The notes beneath the pieces were generated by a model. The model worked only from the letters and a program-made list of their open reading frames with translations, ran no database searches and was not told the DNA's origin. A stretch of DNA of 32,000 nt from NCBI RefSeq assembly GCF_000341395.1, contig NC_020304.1, positions 3,000,001 to 3,032,000 of the forward strand. Reading direction: 5' to 3'. This document shows positions 1 to 8,492 of this stretch, one piece after another (the first letter of the stretch is position 1; the number at the start of each line of letters is the position of its first letter). Source of the stretch: Desulfocapsa sulfexigens DSM 10523 (GTDB lineage Bacteria > Desulfobacterota > Desulfobulbia > Desulfobulbales > Desulfocapsaceae). Both the position numbers and the translations under genes were made by a program.

Positions 1-1454
1 ATAATGAGCGGATTGTCAAAATCAAAGCCAAAGAGACCGGGGTTTTCTCCAATCACTGCCGCTGAAAAAATGTAGAACACATAGTCATAGGTTTGTTCGG
101 GTATTTTATCACGATACTGTTTAAAAAACTGCCAGAAATTACGTTCTTTTGGATTATTCGGCATATCTCTCACAAGTTGAATAACGCGGTTTTCTCCCCA
201 GTTGTACGAGGCCATTACCAATAGCCCGGAGGCCTGAGCATCGGTATCGTAAATTTTTCGCAGGTACTTTGCTGCGGCCACGGTTGATTTGGCAAAATTA
301 TGCCGCTCGTCAAGGGGATCTACCTTTCGTTGCTTAAAAAGGGGACCTGTTTGCAGGCCATATCGAGAGCCGGTTTCAGGAATGAATTGCCACATACCTT
401 TGGCAATACCCCAGCGGGTTTTAGGGCCCAGGGCATTTACGTTAAAATTACTTTCCTGCAGAGCCAGATAAAAGAACTGTGGTGGGAGAAAATAATAGCG
501 CATGGTTCTGGCAATTGGAGAAGTGTAGCCATTGTTTTCTGCGCGTTCCAGGGCGTTAACAAGACGGCTGCTTGACTGCCACTTCTTGATGTAGCGTATG
601 ACTTCACTGGTAAAGTCAGCAGGAACAAATATTTCACATTCACCAAAAATTCTCGCAGTTTTTAGAATTGCCTCTTCCTGGGGACTGATATTTTTATAGA
701 TCCCGAGAGTGTCGACAAATTCGCTATAGCTGTTTTCCAACTCTCTTGCCTGCTGTTTATAATATTCTACCCTGGCAATGGTAGCAGTGTCATCACTGTC
801 TCGTGCTGTTTGAAGAACATCTGCAAACTCTACTTCCAGTCCTTTCATGGTATAGAAGATTTCAGCAGCGAGTTTTTTTTGTTTCTCAACCTGCAGATGC
901 ATGTAGATGGCAACTGAGCCAGCAATACAAAAAAGGCAGGTAACCAGGCCAATGATGATACCATACTTTCTTTTCTGTTTTTTCTGAACCTGGGCAAAGG
1001 CACGTCTAACCATTATGGTGTGCTCACCTGCGTCCCCGTCATCCTTATCACCGAAATAATGTTCCTGATAGTGGGACATGGATCGTGGAGTTCCAGGCTT
1101 TTTAGTTTCCTGGAAAGGCTGGTCAACCGACAGTGTAAGGAGTGGCCCGTTTCTTCCCAGTTCAATCCTGGTCAGTTTTTTAATGGCAATGCGATTAACC
1201 CGGTTACCGTCAACAAAAATACCATTGGCACTATTACAGTCTTGAATCCACCAGGTGTCTGCCAGAAAAATTACCTCGGCATGGTGGCGACTGACTACCG
1301 GATCGGTAATAGCTATATCACAGTCGGGATCACGACCGACACGAAAAGAGGAGGAAAATGCGCGTTCTGCAAACTGTCCGGCTGGCCATGTTGCTGAGAC
1401 TAAAACAGCTGGAGGTGACGAATTCTGCCCGTTATTTTCCAGCCTTTGAATCAT
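1..1454 (-). CDS. FHA domain - transmembrane helix - SLT (soluble lytic transglycosylase-like) protein, C-terminus cut off by window edge
   Basis: Hand translation of the minus strand from ATG at 1454-1452 (preceded in frame by TAA TCA ATT GAT). N-term MIQRLENNGQNSSPPAVL...FRVGRDPDCDIAITDPVVSRHHAEVIFLADTWWIQDCNSANGIFVDGNRVNRIAIKKLTRIELG is a canonical FHA fold (GR, SRHHA, NSANG). It continues KKQKRKYGIIIGLVTCLFCIAGSVAIYMHLQ (basic flank + TM), then FFYLALQESNFNVNALGPKTRWGIAKGMWQFIPETGSRYGL...MASYNWGENRV, which carries SLT motifs (ES, GMWQF, YNWGE). Open to position 1; absent from the ORF track. Confidence 0.88.
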   Translation of the reverse strand, partial: MIQRLENNGQNSSPPAVLVSATWPAGQFAERAFSSSFRVGRDPDCDIAITDPVVSRHHAEVIFLADTWWIQDCNSANGIFVDGNRVNRIAIKKLTRIELGRNGPLLTLSVDQPFQETKKPGTPRSMSHYQEHYFGDKDDGDAGEHTIMVRRAFAQVQKKQKRKYGIIIGLVTCLFCIAGSVAIYMHLQVEKQKKLAAEIFYTMKGLEVEFADVLQTARDSDDTATIARVEYYKQQARELENSYSEFVDTLGIYKNISPQEEAILKTARIFGECEIFVPADFTSEVIRYIKKWQSSSRLVNALERAENNGYTSPIARTMRYYFLPPQFFYLALQESNFNVNALGPKTRWGIAKGMWQFIPETGSRYGLQTGPLFKQRKVDPLDERHNFAKSTVAAAKYLRKIYDTDAQASGLLVMASYNWGENRVIQLVRDMPNNPKERNFWQFFKQYRDKIPEQTYDYVFYIFSAAVIGENPGLFGFDFDNPLI

Positions 1455-1463
1455 ATCAATTGA

Positions 1464-1871
1464 TTAGGGTGCTAACAAAAGGACTTTGGTTTGGCTGGGT
1501 ACTATCCTCATACCAGGAACATTTGTACCATTCTGCAGAGTTGGACTTGTCAGCCGTGTCGCTGGTTTTCCCTGGAAAAGCACGGTAAACGATCCTGCTA
1601 GATGCCGTGAAGGCCCCATGACTCTGCCAGAGGCTACTCCCATGGAGACACCTGCATTGTCACCATTGGTCATGGGGGTGACCGTTCCCATGTTATGAGC
1701 TGGCATTCCCATGATAAGAATTTTCGTACATGCGGTACCAGGATTTGCTGTGGGTCCCATTGCAATATTCGGATAAGGAATAGGTACAGGCGCAGGTGCT
1801 GGTGGAGCAGGGGTTAAACAAACGTCAGGAAAAGCAAAATCCTGACCCATCATTTGTGAATTGGCAAACAT
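1464..1871 (-). CDS. DUF4150 / PAAR-like domain protein (probable T6SS spike-tip protein)
   Basis: 135 aa; MFANSQMMGQDFAFPDVCLTPAPPAPAPVPIPYPNIA...PGTACTKILIMGMPAHNMGTVTPMTNGDNAG...G is typical of DUF4150/PAAR-like proteins; located in a T6SS cluster. No C-terminal toxin extension. Confidence 0.85.
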   Translation of the reverse strand: MFANSQMMGQDFAFPDVCLTPAPPAPAPVPIPYPNIAMGPTANPGTACTKILIMGMPAHNMGTVTPMTNGDNAGVSMGVASGRVMGPSRHLAGSFTVLFQGKPATRLTSPTLQNGTNVPGMRIVPSQTKVLLLAP

Positions 1872-1883
1872 TATTATCCTCCT

Positions 1884-2582
1884 CTAACCCATATGGATCA
1901 TTTTCCCATCAATCTTTATATTTTCTTTTGCAGTAACAACAGAATATTTGCCACGTAAGGACATCAGTCTTTCTGCATTGTAATCGATCTTACCAGCCTT
2001 AAGCTGATCAATATCTTCCACCTCACGGTAAGATCTTTTAACCTTTTGCCGCAAACAATCAAAAATTGATTCCATCTTTCCAGCCATCAATTTAACCAGG
2101 GCAACTTTACCCTCAAGGAAATTTCCAATATAGGATAAATGAGATATACTACACTCACTCTGCTCAGCCACTACCTGAAGATTTGTAGAGACAATGCGAA
2201 TCTGTGATGGACTGGTTACATTCACCCCCTGCTTACCTGCCAATTGCAGATTTCCATTTGGAGATAGCAGCTCAGTGTCGCCGTCAAAGAGAAGACGATT
2301 TCTGGTACTTTTTGTTCTCTCAAGTACAGATAATATATAACACTCACCAGCAGATGAACTTACCACTAGAACTTTGTCTTCAACTTCAGGATACAGTAAG
2401 CAACCAGCCGCTTTTTGTGCCCGATATCGGGAATCACCAACAGCTACCCAAAAACACTCTCTTTCAATTTCTACAACAACACCCATTTCCTGGAACATAG
2501 TAGGATCTTGTTCCTGTCTCGCAAGGTTATCCATTTGTTTTTCCTTTATATGTTGAAAGTATACTATAAGGTTGGGCTCCAT
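1884..2582 (-). CDS. DUF3540-like protein of T6SS VgrG/DUF2169/DUF4150 cassette
   Basis: ORF 232 aa; AAGCLLYPEVEDKVLVV...YILSVLER, GNLQLAGKQGVNVTSPSQIRIVS, KMIHMG resemble DUF3540. Likely true start is ATG at 2534 (MDNLARQEQDP), preceded by AAAGGA Shine-Dalgarno-like sequence, rather than 2582. Confidence 0.7.
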   Translation of the reverse strand: MEPNLIVYFQHIKEKQMDNLARQEQDPTMFQEMGVVVEIERECFWVAVGDSRYRAQKAAGCLLYPEVEDKVLVVSSSAGECYILSVLERTKSTRNRLLFDGDTELLSPNGNLQLAGKQGVNVTSPSQIRIVSTNLQVVAEQSECSISHLSYIGNFLEGKVALVKLMAGKMESIFDCLRQKVKRSYREVEDIDQLKAGKIDYNAERLMSLRGKYSVVTAKENIKIDGKMIHMG

Positions 2583-3619
2583 TGTTCAGCAGCTGCCAGT
2601 TCAGGATCTGTTCCTACAATCGTTCCTTTGTTAACACCAGTCCAGATGGCCTGATGTTGTAGAGTCTGGTGAAATTTTGTTCGAGTCACATCAGCTCTGC
2701 TCATGTCAGCGTCGCTAATGTCTGCGTGGGAAAAATCACAGTAAGTAAGGTTTGCACCAATAAACCGTGATGATCGACAAAGAGCATTGTTGAAAATAGC
2801 ACATTCAAGTTGTGTATTGCTCAGGTTGGCAAGCCGTAGATTTGCACCATCAAAGCAGCTTTGGATTAGCCGGGCATTTTGAAGGCTCGCCTGTTCCATC
2901 ATGGCGTTCATAAATATTGCATATTGTCCCTGGACATTGTCAAAACAGGTTTGACGCAGGGTGGCATCCATAAAGTTGGTTTGAGTGATGTTTGCTCCAG
3001 TCAGATTTGCCAGTGAAAGATCTGCCCCTTTGAGCATTGCCCTGGAGAAATCAATTTCCCGAAGATCTTTCCCGCTAAGATCAGAATTCATGAGAAAAGA
3101 TTGAATAAAGCGGGCACCTTTAAGTTCAGTGCGGGTCAGGTCGGCTCCCAAAAAAACTGTCTGTTCACAATTGGCCTTACTGAGACAAATTCCATCTGTC
3201 TCGCATTCTATAAGGGCAGCCTTGAAGAGGGTGCTGCTTTTAAAGTTGGCATCAACAAGAGAACATTGATAGAAAACAGTATCTGTGCAGTCAGAGTTTT
3301 GAAAGGACACTTCACTGGCCTGGGTTTCTGCAAATTTCGCATCTGTGAGGATGCAATTGTCAAAACACACCTTATCGGTCTTACATCTGTTGAAAATTGT
3401 TTCACATAGCACAGCGCCACTGCAATCTGCTCCAGAAAAATCAGATTCATTAAAGATAGATTCGGTGAAAATTGTACCTGACATATTCGCCCCGGCAAAA
3501 TTCACTTGTTCAAAAATCCCACCACCAAGTTCAAGTTTAGACAGGTCTTTACCGGAGAAGTCTCTCCCACTAATGACTTCTCCTTTTTTGATTTTTGCTA
3601 CCAGTTTTGAAGGTGTCAT
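2564..3619 (-). CDS. Stand-alone pentapeptide repeat protein
   Basis: 351 aa; repeated A(D/N)LxxA units throughout, e.g. DLREIDFSRAMLKGADLSLANLTGANITQTNF and NLRLANLSNTQLECAIFNNA. Confidence 0.9.
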   Translation of the reverse strand: MTPSKLVAKIKKGEVISGRDFSGKDLSKLELGGGIFEQVNFAGANMSGTIFTESIFNESDFSGADCSGAVLCETIFNRCKTDKVCFDNCILTDAKFAETQASEVSFQNSDCTDTVFYQCSLVDANFKSSTLFKAALIECETDGICLSKANCEQTVFLGADLTRTELKGARFIQSFLMNSDLSGKDLREIDFSRAMLKGADLSLANLTGANITQTNFMDATLRQTCFDNVQGQYAIFMNAMMEQASLQNARLIQSCFDGANLRLANLSNTQLECAIFNNALCRSSRFIGANLTYCDFSHADISDADMSRADVTRTKFHQTLQHQAIWTGVNKGTIVGTDPELAAAEQWSPTL

Positions 3620-3629
3620 TTACTTGTGC

Positions 3630-6197
3630 TCATAGTATTGTCTGGCCAATATTGGCCTGTTCAATTCTAGCATTGCTGAAATCAGTGTGTAAAAGGTCAG
3701 CTGCAAAAAGATTGGATCCGCGAAGGTCAGTTCCTGTGAGATTAGCCATTTGTAAAGAACCTTCAAAAAGGTTGATTGAAACCATGTAGGCTCTGCTTAA
3801 ATCGGCATTCATAAATTGAGTTTGTTTGGCGATAGCTCGGTAGAACCTACTGTTTTCGAGTTTGGTTTCACTCAAATCGGCATTACTTAAATCAGCCTCG
3901 GTAAACATTGCTCCTGTGAAATCACCGCCACGAAGATTTGCATTAATAAGTTTACAGAAGGAAAAATCAGCATCTCTAAAGCTGATCTCCACGGAAGCAC
4001 TGACACCTGTTAGATCAGCCTGGTGGAATATTGCCCCATCCCCCTGGCATTGTACAATAGTTGTGTTGCATAAGCTGGCTTTGGAAAAATTGACCCTGTG
4101 CAGCTTAGTTTGAATAAAAAGCGCCTCACTGATATTACTTTCTGAAAAATCGGCACCCTCAAGTTTGCTTTCAATGAATTGTCCTTTGGAAATGTCTGCG
4201 CGGTTCAGGTTGGCATTCAATCCTTCACATTGCATAAAATCAGCCTCTTTAAGGCTTGCCCCGTGAAATTGCGCCCCTTCCATGTTGGCTTTAAAAAGAA
4301 CGGCATTGTCCATGGAGCAGTTGCTGAAGCTTGCACCTGTGAGATTTGCGTCACCAAGATTCACCGCATCCATTTTGGACATATCACACACAGCATGAGC
4401 CATATTGGCACGGGCCAGCATACAGTTTTTAAGATTGGCTCCCTTCAGTTGCGTATTGCTGAGGTCAGCACCTTCAAGGAAGCAATTTTCAAGATCAATG
4501 CCATCAAGATTCATACCCGAAAGATTGACACCGGTAAAATCCATTCCGTTCATTGGTTCATTTTTTGAAAAATATTTCAGAAGAGTGGCACGATTTTCCT
4601 CATTTTTCCTGTTTGAATATACTGTAGCAGGATTATGGTGGCCATATTGGCGGTAAAGATCATTGAATTGCTGCTCAGTCTGTTTCAGCTGGTTCTCCTT
4701 TTCTTTGGTGAGCCTGCCAAATTTGCGAAGATCTGCACTTATTTCATCAGAAGAAAACTGTATTCGTCCACCATTTTTTTTCTGGTCATCCTGTGCCAGT
4801 TTCTCATGATCCAATCCCATGGATTCAGACATTTCCCGACATTCTTTTTTCATCGCCTCTTGTTTATCCTGCATATCCTTGAGAGATTTTTCAACAAGAA
4901 GATCCAAATTGTCTAAATCGTCCAAACCACTGTTTTGAGCAGTAAGTGTTGTCTTGTGGTCAAAGGTGTTTCCGGTAGTGAAACCAAGATCATTAAATTC
5001 CTTTTTTGATCTTTCAGCCTCAAGTTTGATTTTTTCCTGCAGGTGTTTTTCAAAAAGACTTTGCTTCTTATCCTTTATTGTTTCATTGACAAGTTCCTGA
5101 AGCCCTGACACATCATCGTCAGGAATAAGATCGTTCTCCTTGAGCGCGTACAGGTGACCCTTTTCAGGATCAAGCCTTCTTTCCAGGGCAGCTAAATAAT
5201 GGTTTTTGCTTCTGGGTGTATCGGTCTCCCGCTCATAGGCCACAAGTATTTCGGAAATATCTCTGGCCTGGTTATCCGAGACATCATGGGAACCGCGGTG
5301 TATGAGTATCCCTTTTTCAAGATGGGGAAAGAGAAGAACCGTATCAAGGACCAGTGGGATTTCCGAAAACCTCAAACTGTCTTCAACACTTTGATTGACA
5401 AAACACCGCGGATGAATTCCCGGGAGTCTTGATTGAAGGGATGATCGTTCAGGGTGCATGTTTTCACAGCTGAATTCTTCATTACCAATTAAAAAACCCT
5501 CGAATTGCTGGTCCAATGGAGCTGCATTGAAAAACGTTGGATCAAAATCCTTTGCAAATCCTGGAAACAGTTCTTTGAGCCATTTCTGATCATAGGTTCC
5601 GGTTTTTGCGTATCGTTGGGGCCAGGTAAGTTCGTAGCCTTGAAATCCTGCGGGTTCAATCTGGTCAGTTGGAAGAAGAAGGGGCTGCCGTGGGTCAATG
5701 ATATTGGGTAAGGGATAGGAGGTTTTATCCAATTGATCCATAGAGGGAATATAGCCTTTACCCAGTGGGTTTTTGGCATACTCTGGACCTCCAAAAGAAT
5801 TCTGATAGCTAATTGGTAAAGAGAGTATTTCCTGTGGATCACTGATTTCCCAGCGGGTGTTGCGTTTTCTCCATTCACGATCACCGAAGATATTTAATTC
5901 TTTGTCCAAATTTCCCAGCTTGACTCTTACAGTACCAGCCTGAACACTTTTTCCAGTCGGTGAGTAAAATCCGCCATGGATCAAGACCTCGGCTCTTTTC
6001 TTTGGCATACCAAGATCGAATAAGGTTTCAGGACCAATCTCTTCCTGCAGCATTTTCCAGAGATCAATCTCATTTTCTATCTTACCTGATGGGTAAAAAG
6101 AAAAGAGAGATATTACGGTGGAAACGAATACCTGTTTTTTATTATTCTCATAAACCTTATAGAGTAAGCTCAGTTTGAGCGGCTTAATTACTTTCAT
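3630..6197 (-). CDS. DUF2169 domain protein with C-terminal pentapeptide repeats (putative T6SS effector adaptor/chaperone)
   Basis: 855 aa; N-terminal half has DUF2169-type sequence (ISYQNSFGGPEYAKNPLGKGY, FQGYELTWPQRYAKTGTYDQKWLKELFPGFAKDFDPTFFNAAPLDQQ), charged linker, then pentapeptide repeats (MDFTGVNLSGMNLDGIDLENCFLEGADLSNTQLKGANLKNCMLARANM). Confidence 0.88.
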   Translation of the reverse strand: MKVIKPLKLSLLYKVYENNKKQVFVSTVISLFSFYPSGKIENEIDLWKMLQEEIGPETLFDLGMPKKRAEVLIHGGFYSPTGKSVQAGTVRVKLGNLDKELNIFGDREWRKRNTRWEISDPQEILSLPISYQNSFGGPEYAKNPLGKGYIPSMDQLDKTSYPLPNIIDPRQPLLLPTDQIEPAGFQGYELTWPQRYAKTGTYDQKWLKELFPGFAKDFDPTFFNAAPLDQQFEGFLIGNEEFSCENMHPERSSLQSRLPGIHPRCFVNQSVEDSLRFSEIPLVLDTVLLFPHLEKGILIHRGSHDVSDNQARDISEILVAYERETDTPRSKNHYLAALERRLDPEKGHLYALKENDLIPDDDVSGLQELVNETIKDKKQSLFEKHLQEKIKLEAERSKKEFNDLGFTTGNTFDHKTTLTAQNSGLDDLDNLDLLVEKSLKDMQDKQEAMKKECREMSESMGLDHEKLAQDDQKKNGGRIQFSSDEISADLRKFGRLTKEKENQLKQTEQQFNDLYRQYGHHNPATVYSNRKNEENRATLLKYFSKNEPMNGMDFTGVNLSGMNLDGIDLENCFLEGADLSNTQLKGANLKNCMLARANMAHAVCDMSKMDAVNLGDANLTGASFSNCSMDNAVLFKANMEGAQFHGASLKEADFMQCEGLNANLNRADISKGQFIESKLEGADFSESNISEALFIQTKLHRVNFSKASLCNTTIVQCQGDGAIFHQADLTGVSASVEISFRDADFSFCKLINANLRGGDFTGAMFTEADLSNADLSETKLENSRFYRAIAKQTQFMNADLSRAYMVSINLFEGSLQMANLTGTDLRGSNLFAADLLHTDFSNARIEQANIGQTIL

Positions 6198-6203
6198 GAG
6201 AAC

Positions 6204-8492
6204 CTAACTGAATATTTTAATACCGCATTTTTCCAATGCTATGGCACCATATTTTTGGATAAGAGCATTGCCGTCTTTTAGATCCATTGCTCCTTTGCCA
6301 AATCTCAAGCCATAGTTAATTTCTCCTATAATAGCTGAGCAGGTGACAAATTTGGCACCAACAAAATTTTCCATTGCTGTGCCGATGGTGAGGGTGTAGT
6401 CCTCTGCAAAATGTATCGTCTGAACACTCCCACTGGATATTGCCCGTGTCAACCCGTTACTATGGCCGGTATGATTCCCCCCGACATCAATATGACGATC
6501 GCCTGTTACTGTGTATTTATCATTTCCTCCTACAGAAAATTCTCTGTTTTGGTCGACACTATAAAACTGATTTCCTGTAACAGAGAAATCTTCAACGCCA
6601 TCGACAATCTCAATCCTATCACCATTGCAATTAATGAGATCTCCACCTCCAATAATATCAGTTCGTCCTCCACTTTCTATGGTAATATTCTGTCCTTGTC
6701 CAATGGTGACATTTTGCATCTGATTAATTTCGACATTCTCTTCTCCGGTAACCTCAACTTTGCGATTTCCATCAACATAAATATATTGTTTGTCAGAACC
6801 TGCACCAAACGCAAAAGTTGAAGTACCTACGGTTTTATTTTCACTTCCTGCAATTCCAATGTATTTACTGCCACCAACGGTTTCATCAGAGTTTTCATCG
6901 CATTCCGAAACCATTGTCCCATCCGTATGCAAATAAATATTACCGGCATTAACTGCCCCTAATGACACAATGGATCCTTTAGTTGGTGATGACATATGGA
7001 TCTGTTGCCCACCGTTGGAATCTTCAATCCGGATTTGATTTCCACCTGCGGTACGAATCATTGACTGAGTCTGGTTAGAGCCTGTTACCGGGCTGCCAGT
7101 CTCAGGATTGGGAACGGTTCCGGAAATGATGGGTCGATCCGGATCTCCATCAATAAAGGTCAGCAGTACCTCGGTTCCCTTGTGCAGTGGAAAATGCATG
7201 CCATAGTCAGCACCGGCATAGGGCTGTGCCATTCGCACCCACCGAGAAGCCTTTCCATCTGCAGAATCGCTTTGATCAAAGGGGAGTTTTATCTTATAGC
7301 GACCTTCGTCATCAATTTCAGCATACTCACCATCTCCACCCGCATCAACGGTACCGTTAAGCGTCCCCTTCAATTTGGGCTTTTCCGCCAACCTTTCTGG
7401 CCTGAATTGGGCGTCTGCTGGGATACAGGTGAAATTATTAAAATAAGATGGGCCCTGCATATCAGTTTCTTCGACCGTATCACCGGTTCCGGTCAGGTAG
7501 GTGGACTGTACTCCCTGATGAGAGAGTTCTGTTATCAGATAACGCTGATTATAGGAGTCCCTGTAGTGGTCGTGCATCTCAAAAATATAACCGGCAAGAA
7601 AAGGTGGTACGGTCCCTTCACCATAAAATATAGCCTCACGGCAGAGGATCTCTTCAGCACGTATTCGGGCTAAGGCATTTCCCTCCTCCGGTGTTTTGAA
7701 ATGTTCTCCATAAATATAGACATGACCACGCCCCTCTGTGTCCACATCTGCCTCTCCCTTGAGATCAAGAGAAGGCTTGCGATAGTTGTAGTCTTTCAGA
7801 ATGACTTTTTTAGGCAACAGATGCTGATGGCAGGTGAATTCGCGAACCTGCTCAGTGGTGGAAGGAGAGAGAGAATCCGGTGGTGAATACCGGATTGATT
7901 CTCCGGAAGGGATATCTTCGTGAGCAGTGGAGGCATCTGCAATAATCAGTTTTTCTGCATCATCACCCTGTTGAAAATAATAATAGATTCCTTCCCGTTC
8001 CATCCATCGGGAAATAAAATTAAAATCACTTTCGTTATACTGGCAGATGTACTCCCATGGAGCATAGTTACCAGTCAGTTTTAATTCATAATCATGAGTG
8101 GTAAGACCGGTTTGTTTGAGCACCTCTTCGATGATATCGGGAATACTTTTATCGAGAAAGAGCTGGTTTTCAAGGTATTGGTCGGAAATCCATAGTCGTG
8201 GAACCAGTATGGCTCGAAAATAAATATGTCCGGAATACTCATGCAACTGCTCAAAGCGGGATAGAATGCCATGAAAGACTCGAAGCTCTTCCCCGTTTTT
8301 CTCAATTCTTAATTTTACCGGATTTTTCAACACCTCTTTTAAGTTTATATCAGGGTCATCGGCATAAAGAGTTATGTCAAATTCATACAGTTTAGAGATT
8401 GCCTCTGTACCGTTAAATTCAGCAACAGTAAAGGTGTCGTCCGGCTGAGATGTGGAAGTGAAAATAAATCTAATGTTTTCCTCAACTGGCAT
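6204..8492 (-). CDS. vgrG: T6SS spike protein VgrG (TssI)
   Basis: 762 aa; NESDFNFISRWMEREGIYYYFQ, FFNNFTCIPADAQFRPERL, WVRMAQPYAGADYGMHFPLHKGTEVLLTFIDGDPDRPIISGTVPNPE, NQIRIEDSNGGQQIHMSS and gp5-C-like VxG repeats. Start overlaps clpV stop (TAATG). Confidence 0.97.
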   Translation of the reverse strand: MPVEENIRFIFTSTSQPDDTFTVAEFNGTEAISKLYEFDITLYADDPDINLKEVLKNPVKLRIEKNGEELRVFHGILSRFEQLHEYSGHIYFRAILVPRLWISDQYLENQLFLDKSIPDIIEEVLKQTGLTTHDYELKLTGNYAPWEYICQYNESDFNFISRWMEREGIYYYFQQGDDAEKLIIADASTAHEDIPSGESIRYSPPDSLSPSTTEQVREFTCHQHLLPKKVILKDYNYRKPSLDLKGEADVDTEGRGHVYIYGEHFKTPEEGNALARIRAEEILCREAIFYGEGTVPPFLAGYIFEMHDHYRDSYNQRYLITELSHQGVQSTYLTGTGDTVEETDMQGPSYFNNFTCIPADAQFRPERLAEKPKLKGTLNGTVDAGGDGEYAEIDDEGRYKIKLPFDQSDSADGKASRWVRMAQPYAGADYGMHFPLHKGTEVLLTFIDGDPDRPIISGTVPNPETGSPVTGSNQTQSMIRTAGGNQIRIEDSNGGQQIHMSSPTKGSIVSLGAVNAGNIYLHTDGTMVSECDENSDETVGGSKYIGIAGSENKTVGTSTFAFGAGSDKQYIYVDGNRKVEVTGEENVEINQMQNVTIGQGQNITIESGGRTDIIGGGDLINCNGDRIEIVDGVEDFSVTGNQFYSVDQNREFSVGGNDKYTVTGDRHIDVGGNHTGHSNGLTRAISSGSVQTIHFAEDYTLTIGTAMENFVGAKFVTCSAIIGEINYGLRFGKGAMDLKDGNALIQKYGAIALEKCGIKIFS

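Noticed and set aside
289-575. Plus-strand ORFs of 60 and 91 aa (and minus 437-646)
   Set aside because: They lie inside the SLT-domain coding region in other frames; the SLT frame has strong motif support.
1020-1397. Plus-strand 125-aa ORF
   Set aside because: Antisense to the FHA domain of the real minus-strand gene, whose translation has clear FHA motifs; no recognisable motif in the plus-strand product.
2564-6197. Possibility that the two pentapeptide genes are one frameshifted gene
   Set aside because: A stop, a short spacer (3620-3629) and a new start with its own non-repeat N-terminus separate them; no pseudogene signature.
7182-7673. Plus-strand 163-aa ORF antisense to vgrG
   Set aside because: Longest antisense ORF here, but vgrG is unmistakable on the other strand and the product shows no domain motif; likely a composition artefact.
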